Shown here piece after piece: positions 27,472 through 38,938 of a stretch of DNA of 64,000 nucleotides. The notes below the pieces were generated by a model. That model saw only the letters and a program-made list of their open reading frames with translations. It searched no databases and was not told the DNA's origin. The translations under genes were made by a program, and so were the position numbers. This stretch comes from Chrysemys picta bellii (taxonomy: Eukaryota): assembly GCF_011386835.1 (NCBI RefSeq), contig NC_088815.1, forward strand, positions 8,432,001-8,496,000, read 5' to 3'. The number at the start of each line of letters is the position of its first letter. Positions within the stretch are counted from its first letter, which is position 1.

Positions 27472-27657
27472 ATCACCGAGCTGTCTAAGGAAGTCTTCAA
27501 GCTGAAGGAGGCCTTGAACAGCCTGTCTGAGCTCTCCGGCCAGGGGGGGGCCCTGCCCGGGGGGGCCCTGCCCAAGGCGGCCCCGCAGAAGCAGCAGAAC
27601 CCGCAGGAGGTGGTGAAGCTGCAGGGCACGATAAAGGCCTTGGAACAGCAGCTGGCT
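27472..27657 (+). CDS. ANKRD24: ANKRD24 exon 17 (ITELSKEVFKLKEALNSLS...LEQQLA)
   Basis: 186 nt; family-conserved ITELSKEVFxLKEAL. Confidence 0.93.
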
Positions 27658-28291
27658 GTGGGTATCCGGGACCAGCTGGCCCTGGGAGAGGGGAGGAGCA
27701 GAGCCCGCCACAGAGCGGGTCCCTGGGCTTTGTGGTGTTCGTTCCCTGTTGGGCTCGGGGACAGCAGGGGCTAAGCGCTGACCTCGGCTGCGTCTGGAAA
27801 CTGACGTGCAGCTCGGGACCTGGGGCCACCGTCTGGGCAGGTGGAAGCCGCAGAGTCGCTGGCTCCGAGGTCTGCGTGGACCATGCTGATTCAGGGGCCC
27901 AGCCCCACAAAGGTATAATAGGCTTCTAACTCCCATGGGAGCTAGGCTCCTAAATACCATTAAGGATCTGGGCCAGTGTGTCTTGGCCCGATGCCTTCTG
28001 CCCTTCCGTCCCTGGTCACAGCAGAGGTCCAGCGGTAACCCCTGCGCTAAAACAGCCGCATCTTTATACTGCACTGAGGGAGTTGCTTTAGCTGGGTACC
28101 AAAGGGGAGTGACACCAGTTCCCCTTGGCTGTGTCCGGTGTGCAAGCCAGAGCAGGATCCGATTCCGGGCCCCAGCTCGGTGCCGTGTCTGGCAGGGGGG
28201 CGCTGGTCAGAGGGGCCGTGAGCGGAGAGTGGCCGGGTCCCATTGGGACTGTAGTGTGACTCCCCCCCCCCCCCCCTTGCCTTGGTTGCAG

Positions 28292-28357
28292 GAGACGGAG
28301 ACGCACCACCACAAGGTCGTCTCGCTCTACCGGAGCCACCTGCTCTGCGCGATTCAG
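28292..28357 (+). CDS. ANKRD24: ANKRD24 exon 18 (ETETHHHKVVSLYRSHLLCAIQ)
   Basis: 66 nt; conserved YRSHLL.A.Q. Confidence 0.93.
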
Positions 28358-28419
28358 GTCAGTGCACGGGGGGCAGGGCTGGGCTGGGGGCGCCGTATCT
28401 CGCGGTGATTGGGCATGTG

Positions 28420-28610
28420 CGTTTGCTATTCTGTGTGTATCCGTCCATGTATCCGTCCGTGTTTCTGAATCAGTGTGGGTGTTTGCACACGTGTGTGTCA
28501 GTATACGTGGGTGTGTGTTTGCACATGGGTGCATGTCAATGTAAGTGGGTGTGGGTGGGTGTTTGCATGTGGCTGTGTCACTGGAAGTGGGGGGGTATTT
28601 GCACATGGGT
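28420..28610. repeat. Degenerate (TG)-rich low-complexity tract in ANKRD24 intron 18
   Basis: Runs of gtgtgt / gtgggt / tttgcacatggg. Confidence 0.75.
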
Positions 28611-28810
28611 ATAAACGAGCAGGGCAGTCTCCGTGGCTTAGGTGCAGGGGTCTGGGCTCTGCTCGGCTCGAGAGCGTCTCTGTTGCCAGGCGCCTACAGA
28701 GCTGGCTGCCACTGGAGTCGGCCCAGTCCTGCCCTGCCTTAGCCAGTGGGGCTGGCGGAGGGTGGGAGTCAGGGCAGCCGCTGACTTCCCCGCCTCCATC
28801 TCCTTTGCAG

Positions 28811-28888
28811 GGCCACATGGACGAAGACGTGCAGAGGCTCTTGTACCAGATCCTGATGATGCAGCGGCTGCAGGAACAAGGCAGATGA
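28811..28888 (+). CDS. ANKRD24: ANKRD24 last coding exon (GHMDEDVQRLLYQILMMQRLQEQGR*)
   Basis: Conserved GxMDEDVQ C-terminus; TGA at 28886-28888; summed CDS 3192 nt for isoform A. Confidence 0.95.
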   Translation, partial: GHMDEDVQRLLYQILMMQRLQEQGR

Positions 28889-29284
28889 GCGCCCCGGGGC
28901 GAGGGAGCCCGGTTCCTGGTTCCGAGCCGGGGACTCGCACGCGGAACCGGCTGGACTCCAGCGTCCAGCGGCGGGGCGAGGCCCTGCGCACACGCTTCCT
29001 CACCGAGATCAAGGCACACGGGTGACCCCGGGGGCGGCGCCTTTGCTCCCGTTCCTGGGCAGCCTGTGGTGGGAGGTGCCCGTGGGCAGGTGGCTGGAAG
29101 GTGCCTCGTGGCAGGTCCAGGCCCTGCTCACACTGACCTTTCTATCGGTGCTTTCACCTCAGCAGCCTCCGAGACGGGCCGGGGGAACCGGGCGAGGGGC
29201 CCGTCCTCGCTCCGCGGGCAGAAGGGGAGAGGCTGCGGTAACTCACCAGCTCCTGTCTGCGTCTCTCCGCAGAGAATCCACAGC

Positions 29285-29290
29285 AATAAA
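29285..29290 (+). other. Polyadenylation signal of ANKRD24
   Basis: First AATAAA after the stop codon. Confidence 0.7.
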
Positions 29291-30869
29291 CAGTTTATAC
29301 TCACTCAGCGGAGGCTCGCTGGCTTTCCTGCGTGGGGAAGGGACACGTGCCGGGAGGTGGGGGGGGCGTCGTACATGCGGGAGCTGGTGCCAGGGTGACG
29401 CGGGCAGATGTTGGGCTGAATGTCCCACTGCTGCCCTCCTCCTGCCTCGCAGCACCTGCTAGTCCAGGCTGGAGCCCCTCCTGACGTGGGCCTGTCTGGA
29501 CCTCCCCAGGGGGCTGCAGGCCAGGGCAGAGGTGCACTGACAGTGTTATAGCTGGAGCTGACCATTGGAAAAGCGGGGGGAGGGGAGCTCCAGGTCAGGA
29601 CTGAGGGGCGCTGGCAGAGCTGGGTATGGGGGGAGCCGAGGGTTGGAATAGCAGGGGGCTGCCGTTTGGGGCTATTCCAGTCCAGGACTCTCCCCCCAGG
29701 ACAGCAGCTCCCACCCCACTTGTTGTTCCAGTCCTGGCCTCCTGCGTAGCCGTCCCACGCCACTAACTGCCAACGCACATCAGCCTGCAGACCTCCCCCC
29801 CGCCCCATCACCCCAGCTCTGTCAGTGCCCCTCAGTCCTGCCCCGCAGCCCCAACCCTCCTCTGCCACTCTCTGGGCCCCCACCAAGCAGACTCAGCCGG
29901 TGCTGCTGGACTGTTAACCATCGCTCGCTGGCTCGTTTCACGGGGCCTAGGCTGAGACCCTGCCAAACTCATTCCGTTTGTGGCCAAGGCCAGCTCCATA
30001 GCCCAGCGTTCCAGAGGCAAAATGCTCCTTTTCCATTCGGCCGGCTGGGAAACGTCGTTAACAGCACCCCACGAAATGGCAACATTTGGGAAAGGTTTGG
30101 CTTGATCCCGATGATGTCATCCCAGCGGGGGATCGGGCCCCATTCTCCCCCAAGGGAGCTCTCAGCTGGGGACTGACCCAGTGGAGGTGGGGGAGCCTCG
30201 TGCTGTCAGCAGGGGGGACTGCGGGGACAGGCTATGAGAGAGGAGAGCTGGTCGGGCGAGAACTCGGGAGCAGAAGGGGATTTTTGTGGCTCATGGTTTC
30301 CGCCAGGACTAGCCATTTTGGGAGGGGGGGGTCACCAGGGAAGGGGGTTCCCCCAGACACACCTGGGAGTCAAAAACTTAGTTAAAAAAATGAAAGTTTA
30401 GCAAAAATCCTATTGGATGAAAGTGGCTGCGCTGTCCCGAGACACATCCAGGCCCCTGGGGCCCAGTCTGTGTCCGCCCCGAGGACAGCTTTGCACATGC
30501 CGGGGGGCTGGACTCACGAACCCCACGTTCCGGTGCAAACTAGGAGTCTGCCCCCGCTCCCACTTCTGAGAGAGCAATAATTCCCACTGGCTTCTGAGGG
30601 GCAGGATCAAACCCCAAATAATCCAGTCGCTGCCTTTTTCTTAAACCCTTGTTTCAAAAGCACTTTGCCCTGCTGCAGCTGGGCCCAGACCAGCTAAACA
30701 CGCCCCCCCCCCAGCTGCCCCCTCATCTCCGAGAGAGACCTGGGCACATGCACCCCAGACACCAATTCCCTCTGTCCCTCCAGACGCCACTCCAGGGACC
30801 CCGCCTTGCCCAGGGCGGGGACTTGTGGGCTTTGTGGTTTGTTCCGAGTTGTCTCCGGGAACCTCGGTG

Positions 30870-31024
30870 GGAAAGGCTCGTGAATTTCCTGAGCGCGTTG
30901 TGTGCGAGGAAGTGAGCAGCAGCCGGGCTGAGGTCAGACGGGGATTTTGCTTCCCGAGCCGAGGCTCCTACAGTAGTTGCCTCCGGTTCGGAGTGGCATC
31001 AGGACGCCGAGCTGCGCGCGTCAG
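30870..31024 (+). promoter_or_regulatory. Candidate EBI3 promoter and non-coding first exon
   Basis: kB-like GTGAATTTCC (30880-30889), PU.1/ETS GAGGAAGTGA (30906-30915), CpG cluster, consensus donor CAG|GTGAGT at 31024/31025. Confidence 0.45.
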
Positions 31025-32463
31025 GTGAGTCTCTGGATTCCTCTGGGCTTTGAGGGCAGGTGGGGCTGTTTGATGCTCGTGCGGTTGGGGTGAAGCAGCC
31101 CTGACATTCGCTGCCTTTCACGCCCTCCTCTGCGCCTGGGAGAGGGTGGGTAACTCACCCTCCTGGCATCAAAGCCGCTGTCAACGCTCGAGCACAGTGT
31201 TGGAGTTGCCAGGGGGCGGTGACCAGTGAGAGATCCCCCCCCCACCCCCCTGCTGAATGTCTAGGTAAGAATCTAGGTTACCAGCTGTTTGGATCTGGCA
31301 CTGACCGAAAACCGCTACGATCTCATGGCTGCGGGCTGGGTCCTCAGCTCAGTGCCAGGCAGGACAAAATTCCCCCAGCCACTTGCCCTCCTAACTGGGG
31401 TAGGAAGCTCACGGTCTAGTGGCCAGGGCATGGGACGGGGTCTTGGGAAGATCTAGGTTCAATTCCTAGCTCCACTACAGACCCCTTCTGTGTCCCTTCA
31501 CTTACCCAGTGCTTGGGCCCCTGATCTGTAACCCTACCTGCTCAGATTCCTGATGGAGGGGGAGATATGTGGGTTCACCACGGGGGTAAGTACCTTGGCA
31601 GAGCTTGGGCTGGGCGGCAGGGCTGTCCAGGAGCGAAGGGGCTGTGGAGCCTGAACAAGAGAACAGAACGGCTGGCCCGGAAGCTGCTGTCCACATGGGA
31701 CCTGCCTAGCAGCAAGACAGGATTGTCCACCAGAGCCCCTAGCTCTGAATTCACCCCGCCAAACCACAGAGCTCTGGGGCCACGGGGGAACATTAATGCT
31801 AAGCCCTAGCTCTTATCTAGCACGTCCCAGCAGTAGAGCTCAAAGCTCAGTGGTCACTGTCATCACCCCTAGTGTACAGATGGGGAAACTGAGGCACAGA
31901 GCGGGGCTGTGACTTGCCCACGGTCAGGGTCAGAGCTAGGAATGGAGCTCAGGTCTCCCCGGGGCCAGTGCTCTAACCAGTAGGTCAGGCTGCCTCCAAG
32001 CGTGGTTTCGCCATGAGAAGACGGTGTCAGCCAAAAAAATCCCCTTTTCTGTCCCTGCCTCGCTGGGCTGCCGGTAAAACAAGCCAACCACCCCGTGGCT
32101 GCCCTGGTGTGTCCTGAGCCTGGCCCCTAGCAGAGAGCGGCGGGGTTTTCATACGTCTGCCAAACAGCAGCATTCACGGCAGGGGCACCTCTCGGCCACA
32201 GAGCCCCAACCACTCACCCAGCCTGGGAAACCCCAGCTGAGACACCTGCCCTGCACTCCTGACTCTACCCCCAGCTTGGTTTCTACCCCCGGTAGTTTCC
32301 CCCCAGCCCAACCTGTCTCTCTTCTTTCCCAGGAGACGCTGCAGGGCCCTCGGGTGGGGGAATGCCCAGCTGGGCCGAGGGGCTTGCTGCAGGACACACC
32401 CGCTTCACCCTGGGGGAGGCCGGTTGGGGACCCACTCGGCCAGCAAAGCAGCTGTCACTGAGC

Positions 32464-33417
32464 ATGGGGCTCGCACAAATTCAGCAGCTTCCTGTGAAGG
32501 CGCTGGGGCCCGACCCAGTGGGAGAAACACCAGGCTCTCCTGTTTATTGCGCTCAGTGTCACACGGCTGATTACCTGCCCTGTGGGCGGGTGGCGTATGT
32601 GTGCATTTGGTGCAAGGAGCTCCTGGCCCTCAGAGACCGCGTCCGGGCTTTGGAGGCCAGGGTGGCGGAACTGCAGGAGCTAAGGGAGGCAGAGAGGTAT
32701 GTTGAAGAGGCTTTCCGGGACACACTAGATTTGACCCACTTCCGGTCGGACAGCCCCAGCGCTGTTCAAGAGGATGAAAGGCTCAGGGAAGGGGAGCGGT
32801 CAACGGGAGCAGAGGGAAACCTTCCCCTAGTTGGGACCCTACTTCCAGTTGATGTTGGGGGTCTCCTTTCGCACTGAGGTTACCTCTCCGGGGGAGGGAA
32901 CTCCAGTCATTAGGAAAAGGCAGGGGTTAGTAATGGGAGATTCAATCATTAGAAACATAGATAGCTGGGTTTGCGATGACCGGGAGAACCGTATGGTGAC
33001 TTGCCTGCCTGGTGCGAAGGTTGCGGATCTCTCGAGGCGCCTGGATAGACTTATGTGTAGTGCTGGGGAGAAGCCGGTGGTCGTGGTACCAGTGACATAA
33101 GGAAGGGTAGGAGAGACGTCCTGGAGGCCAAATTTAGGCTGCTAGGAAAGAGACTGAAATCCAGGACATCTCTGGTGGTATTCTCAGAAATGCTCCCAGT
33201 TCCACGCGCAGGACCAGGTAGGCAGGCAGAGCTTCAGAGACTCAATGCGTGGATGAGTCGATGGTGTAGAGAGGAGGGGTTTCGATTTATTAGGAACTGG
33301 GGAAACTTTTGGGATGGGGGGAGCCTATACGGGAAGGATGGGCTCCACCTAAACCAAAGGGGATCCAGACTGCTGGCACTTAACATTAAAAAGGTCGCAG
33401 AGCAGTTTTTAAACTAG
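32464..33417 (+). pseudogene. CR1 ORF1 remnant: CxxC...CxxC zinc finger plus SGNH/GDSL esterase domain, frameshifted
   Basis: CAQC...CIWC, coiled coil, GDSIIRNID, LPGAKVAD, DGLHLN split across ORFs 32362, 32831 and 33175. Confidence 0.88.
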
Positions 33418-33487
33418 GAGATGGAGGAAAGTTGATTGCTGCAGAGGAGCATGTGGATCAGACAGAGACTTCTCTTAGAGGAGAAGG

Positions 33488-33655
33488 GGGGGAGAGATAG
33501 CTCAGTGGTTTGAGCATTGGCCTGCTAAACCCAGCGTTGTGAGTTCAATCCTTGAGGGAGCCATTTGGGGATTTAGTTGGGGATTGGTCCTGCTTTGAGC
33601 AGGGGGTTGGACTAGATGACCTCCAGAGATCCCTTCCAACCCTGATATTCTATGA
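33488..33655 (+). mobile_element. Full-length tRNA-derived SINE inserted between CR1 ORF1 and ORF2
   Basis: A box TAGCTCAGTGG, B box GAGTTCAATCC, CR1-like tail ending ctatga. Confidence 0.9.
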
Positions 33656-34087
33656 GAGTCTATTGATAGATTCTCTAGGTTTTGGTCAGGAGGACGGAAG
33701 AGGATAAAGTATGGGCCAGATCAGATGAGAAACATTCACATAAAAAAAAAAGAATCTGACACATCGGAAAAGGGCAGACAAATAAACAGTGACAAGTTTT
33801 TAAAGTGCTTGTACACAAATGCTAGAAGTCTAAATAATAAGATGGGTGAACTAGAGTGCCTCGTGTTAAAGGAGGATATTGGCATCACAGAAACCTGGTG
33901 GAATGAGGACAATCAATGGGACACAATCATTCCGGGGTACAAAATATATCAGAAGGACAGAACAGGTTGTGCGGGGGCGGGGGGAGGGGGAGGAGAGTGG
34001 CACTATACGTGAAAGAAAATGTAGAATCAAATGAAGTAAAAATCTTAAATGAATCCATATGTTCCACAGAATCTCTATGGATAGTAA

Positions 34088-34247
34088 TTTTTTATTTTAT
34101 TTATTTTATAATGGAGATATCCATCTCCTAGAACTGGAAGGGACCTTGAAAGGTCATCGAGTCCAGCCCCCTGCCTTCACTAGCAGGACCAAGTACTGAT
34201 TTTGCCCCAGATCCCTAAGTGGCCCCCTCAAGGACTGAACTCATAAC
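34088..34247 (-). mobile_element. 5'-truncated tRNA-derived SINE, antisense, inside the CR1 endonuclease region
   Basis: Near-identical to the 61768-61957 copy; T-rich tail at 34088-34110. Confidence 0.85.
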
Positions 34248-35692
34248 AGTGGGCTCTATTATCGACCACCTGACCAGGACAGTGATAGTGACAATGAAAT
34301 GCTAAGGGAGATTAGAGAGGCTATCAAAATAAAGAACTCAATAATAGTGGGGGATTTCAATTATCCCCATATCGACTGGGTATATGTGACCTCAGACAAA
34401 ATGCAGAGACAAAATGTCTCGACACTTTAAATGACTGCTTCTTGGAGCAGCTGGTACAGGAACCCACAACGGGAGAGGCATGGGAGAGTGGAGCGCAGGA
34501 TCTGGTCCAAGAGGTAACTAGAACAGGACCGCTTGGAAATAGTTGGGAAATAGACCATAATATAACAACATTTCACATCCCTGTGGTGGGAAGAACACCT
34601 CAACAGCCCAACACTGTGGCATTTAATTTCGGAACTATGCAAAAATGAGGGGGTTAGTTCAACAGAAATGAAAAGGGACAGTGACTAAAGTGAAATCCCT
34701 GCAAGCTGCATGGACACTTTTCAAAGACACCATAATAAAGGCCCAACTTCAATGTATACCCCAAATTAAAAAACACAGTAAAAGAACTAAAAAAGAGCCA
34801 CCGTGGCTTAACAACCGCGCAAAAGAAGCTGTGAGAGAGAGAAAAAGGCATCTTTTAAAAAGTGGAAGTCAAATCCTAGTGAGGTAAATAGAAAGGAGCA
34901 TAAACACTGCCAAATTCAGTGTAAAAATGTAATAAGAAAAGCCAAAGAGGAGTTTGAAGAACGGCTAGCCAAAAACTCAAAAGGTAATAACAACATGTTT
35001 TTTAAGTGCATCAGAAGCAGGAAGCCTGCTAAACAACCAGTGGGGCCCCTGGACGATCGAGATACAAAAGGAGCGCTTAAAGACGATAAAGTCATTGCGG
35101 AGAAACTAAATGAATTCCTTGCTTCAGTCTTCACGGCTGAGGATGTTAGGGAGATTCCCAAACCTGAGCCATCCTTTGTAGGTGACAAATCTGAGGAATT
35201 GTCACAGATTGAAGTGTCACTAGAAGAGGTTTTGGAATTAATTGATAAACTTAACAGTAACAAGTCACCAGGACCAGATGGCATTCACCCAAGAGTTCTG
35301 AAGAACTCAAATGTGAAATTGCGGAACTATTAACTATGATTTGTCACCTGTCCTTTAAATCAGCTTCTGTACCCAATGACTGGAAGATAGCTCATGTAAT
35401 GCCGATATTTAAAAAGGGCTCTAGAGGTGAGCCCGGCAATTACAGACCGGTAAGTCTAACGTCAGTACCGGGGAAATTAGTTGAAATAATAGTAAAGAAT
35501 AAAATTGTCAGACACATAGAAGAACATAAATTGTTGGGCAAAAGTCAACATGGTTTCTGTAAAGGGAAATCGTGTCTTATTAATCTATTAGAGTTCTTTG
35601 AAGGGATCAACAAACATGTGGACAAGGGGGATCTAGTGGACATAGTGTACTTAGATTTCCAGAAAGCCTTTGACAAGGTCCCTCACCAAAGG

Positions 35693-35918
35693 GAAGGAGT
35701 ACTTGTGGCACCTTAGAGACTAACAAATTTATTAGAGCATAAACTTTCGTGGACTACAGCCCACTTCTTCGGATGCATACAGAGTGGAAGAATCCATCCG
35801 AAGAAGTGGGCTGTAGCCCACGAAAGCTTATGCTCTAATAAATTTGTTAGTCTCTAAGGTGCCACAAGTACTCCTGTTCTTTTTGCGGATACAGACTAAC
35901 ACGGCTGCTACTCTGAAA
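35693..35918. mobile_element. Penelope-like inverted-arm insertion in the CR1 RT domain
   Basis: 12-bp TSD CCTCACCAAAGG (35681-35692 / 35919-35930); two ~85-bp inverted arms around a short spacer; hammerhead-like motif in each arm. Confidence 0.85.
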
Positions 35919-37708
35919 CCTCACCAAAGGTTCTTACATAAATTAAGTTGTCATGGGATAAGAGGGAAGATCCTTTCATGGATTGAGAACTGATTAAAAG
36001 ACAGGGAACAAAGGGTAGGAATAAATGGTAAATTTTTCAGAATGGAGAGGGATAACTAGTGGTGTTCCCAAGGTTCAGTCCTAGGACCAATCTTATTCAA
36101 CTTATTCATAAATGATCTGGAGAAAGGGGTAAACAGTGAGGTGGCAAAGTTTGCAGATGATACTAAACTGCTCAAAATAGTTAAGAAAAAAGCAAACTGT
36201 GAAGAACTTCAAAAAGATCTCACAAAACGAAGTGATTGGACAACAAAATGGCAAATGAAATTTAATGTGGATAAATGTAAAGTAATGCATATTGAAAAAA
36301 ATAACCCCAACTATACATACAATATGATGGGGGCTAATTTAGCTACAACTAATCAGGAAAGAGATCTTGGAGTCATCGTGGATAGTTCTCTGAAGACGTC
36401 CGCGCAGTGTGCAGCGGCCGTCAAAAAAGCTAACAGAATGTTAGGAATAATTAAAAAAGAGATAGAGATAAGATGGAGAATATCTTATTGCCCTTAAATA
36501 TAAATCCATGGTACACTCACATCTTGAATACTGCGTACAGATGTGGTCTCCTCATCTCAAAAAAGATATACTGGCATTAGAAAAGTTTCAGAGAAATGAT
36601 TAGGGGGTTGGAACCGGTCCCATATGAGGAGAGATTAAAGAGGCTAGGACTTTTCAGCTTGGAAAAGAGGAGACTAAGGGGGGATATGATAGAGGTATAT
36701 AAAATCATGAGTGGTGTGGAGAAAGTAAATAAGGAAACGTGATTTACTTGTTCCCATAATATAAGAACTAGGCGCCACCAAATGAAATTAATGGGCAGCA
36801 GGTTTAAAACAAATAAAAGGAAGTTCTTCACACAGCGCACAGTCAACTTGTGGAACTCCTTGCCTGAGGAGGTTGTGAAGGCTAGGACTATAACAGGGTT
36901 TAAAAGAGAACTGGATAAATTCATGGAGGTTAAGTCCATTAATGGCTATTAGCCAGGATGGGTAAGGAAGGGTGTCCCTAGACTCTGTTTGTCAGAGGGT
37001 GGAGATGGATGGCAGGAGAGAGATCACTTGATCATTACCTGTTAGATTCACTCCCTCTGGGGCACTGGTCACTGTCGGTAGACAGAGTACTGGGCTGGAT
37101 GGACCTTTGGTCTGACCCAGTATGGCCGTTCTTATGTTCTTATGGAAGCTGGGTGGGGTGGCCCTGGGGATGGATTCCCTCCCCTGGAGCACAACCGCCA
37201 GCACGTGCCATTTGCTCTTCCAGGTGCCAGGCGCAGGATTCGAGATGGGGCCTGAGCCCCAGCATCAGATCTGCTGCGCTTGGCTGGCAGGGTGCTTTTC
37301 CCCACCGCAGGATTGTTGTTTAGCCGTACGCTGGTAGCAAGCAGAAGGCCCAACCCAGAGAGACACCCAGTGAGAGAGAGGGGCCCTGCCCTGAGGAGTT
37401 CACAGCCTAAATAGACAAAGGGGAAGGGGAAACTGAGGAACGGAAAGGGGAAGGGACTTGCCCAGTTGCTGGGCATAGAATCTGGGTCCCAGGCCCTTTC
37501 TTCTAACCACTGGCCGATGCTGCCTTCATGCAGTCCGAACCCCCTCCATAAATGACATCAATCTCTTGTCCCAACCCCCCAGGGTCGAGCACCTCTCGGG
37601 AAGGCGTTGTCTGTTCCCAGCCACACCCACTTTCAGACCCTGATCTTGCTCCGCTCCTGACGGCTTTTTCTCCAGGCGCCTGTGCTGCCGACCGGCGCCC
37701 GCTGGGAA

Positions 37709-37793
37709 ATGAAGTGGATGGTGATCGTCGCCTTGGTCCTGCCGGCCTGGTCCTCCCCCTGCAGCAGCACGGCTGGGCGCGATGGAGAGGAGG
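37709..37793 (+). CDS. EBI3: EBI3 first coding exon (signal peptide MKWMVIVALVLPAWSSPCSSTAGRDGEE)
   Basis: Hydrophobic signal-peptide pattern resembling human LLALVLWASCPPCSG; GTACGA donor, phase 1; acceptor ctttttctccAG at 37675. Confidence 0.85.
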
Positions 37794-37964
37794 GTACGAG
37801 AAGGAAGGGCTGTTTCCCAGTGGCCCCTAGCCCCTTGGCGGTGGGGTTTGCTCCGTGGCGCCAGGAGATGCCGAGCAGATGGTCCCTTGCACTCCGATGC
37901 GCCATCTCGCCCAGTAGCCTGACTCGGACCCCAGCCAATGACGCATGCAGCAGAGGGTGGTACT

Positions 37965-38087
37965 TAGGGTGACCAGACAGCAAGTGTGGAAAATTGGGAC
38001 GGGGGTGGGGGGTAATAGGAGCCCATATAAGAAAAAGACCCAAAAATCGGGCCTGTCCCTATAAAATCAGGAGATCTGGTCACCCTA
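37965..38087. mobile_element. hAT-type MITE (TAGGGTGACCAG family) in an EBI3 intron
   Basis: Perfect TIRs; perfect 8-bp TSD GTGGTACT (37957-37964 / 38088-38095). Confidence 0.93.
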
Positions 38088-38938
38088 GTGGTACTAGATT
38101 ATTGGGTGGGGGGATTTCTCCTGACCCCGGCTGGTGATCGGCTTGTGCCTGATGCGGGCGGGTGGGCAGCCCCTGCAGGTTAATCCTAGCAAGGGGATAA
38201 CATCCCGCGTGGAGCTGATGCTGGGCACGTTAGGTTAACAATGAGCAGGGCGGGGAGGAGGGAAGGCTGCCTCCTTTGGAGGGGTCACATTACTTTGCAA
38301 GCTGGTGAGTCGCGGCCCCATGTAGCCAGGATTACCCCGGGCAGAACCCCCTGCCTTGGGAACTTCCCTGTGCTGGGAATGTCCCACTCCTGGGCCAGTC
38401 ATTTCCTATGAGGTCAGTGGCAGAGTCAAGAAGAGAACCCAGGAGTCCTGGCTCCCTAGTTTGGTGTCCTGGCCCCTGGGTCACGGTTTTCAAAAGCTGC
38501 TGAGGGAGTTTGGCCAGTTAACCTAGCGGCGAAAAGCAGGACAAGACCCGGCGGCTGGGAGCAGAAGCCAGCCATGTTCTAATGAGAACTAGGACCCCAG
38601 CTGGAACAGAGAGGGGGATTAACCAACGGGACGCTCCGGAGGGAAGTGGTGGATTCTGCCTCTCTAGATGCCTTCAGATCAACTCTGGTGGCCTGTCTGG
38701 AAGAGACGCTTTGTCCAAACAAATACCGGGCTCACGCTGGGGGTAATTGGGTTAAATTCTCCGGCCTGTGATACCCAGCAGATCAGACCAGATGATCTCC
38801 TGCTCCCTTCTGAATTCCCCTAAATGGTAATGGGATTTGAGCTCCTCACTAACTCCCGCCCTAAAGCAGCACCCACTGCCTGCCCGAGTGCCGGGTACCA
38901 TGCCGGGCACCCTGTGACAGCTCCCCGTTGCGTTGTAG

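Larger units (their letters stand above)
33725..36952 (+). pseudogene. CR1 ORF2 remnant (APE endonuclease plus reverse transcriptase), multiply frameshifted
   Basis: CLYTNARSL, KSPGPDGIHPRVLK, NYRPVSLTSVPGK, YLDFQKAFDKVPHQR, FADDTKL, ERDLGVIVD. Confidence 0.92.
32300..37144 (+). mobile_element. Near-full-length degenerate CR1 LINE (5' boundary uncertain) with three nested insertions
   Basis: ORF1 and ORF2 remnants in order; 3' UTR ending in (TTCTTATG)2. Confidence 0.93.

Noticed and set aside
33488-33560. tRNA-like sequence (also at 7890 and 61957)
   Set aside because: SINE heads: A/B boxes run into a CR1-type tail with no complete cloverleaf
33725-36952. Active autonomous LINE or intact transposase
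   Set aside because: ORF2 is broken by frameshifts, stops and nested insertions; no transposase ORF in any TIR element
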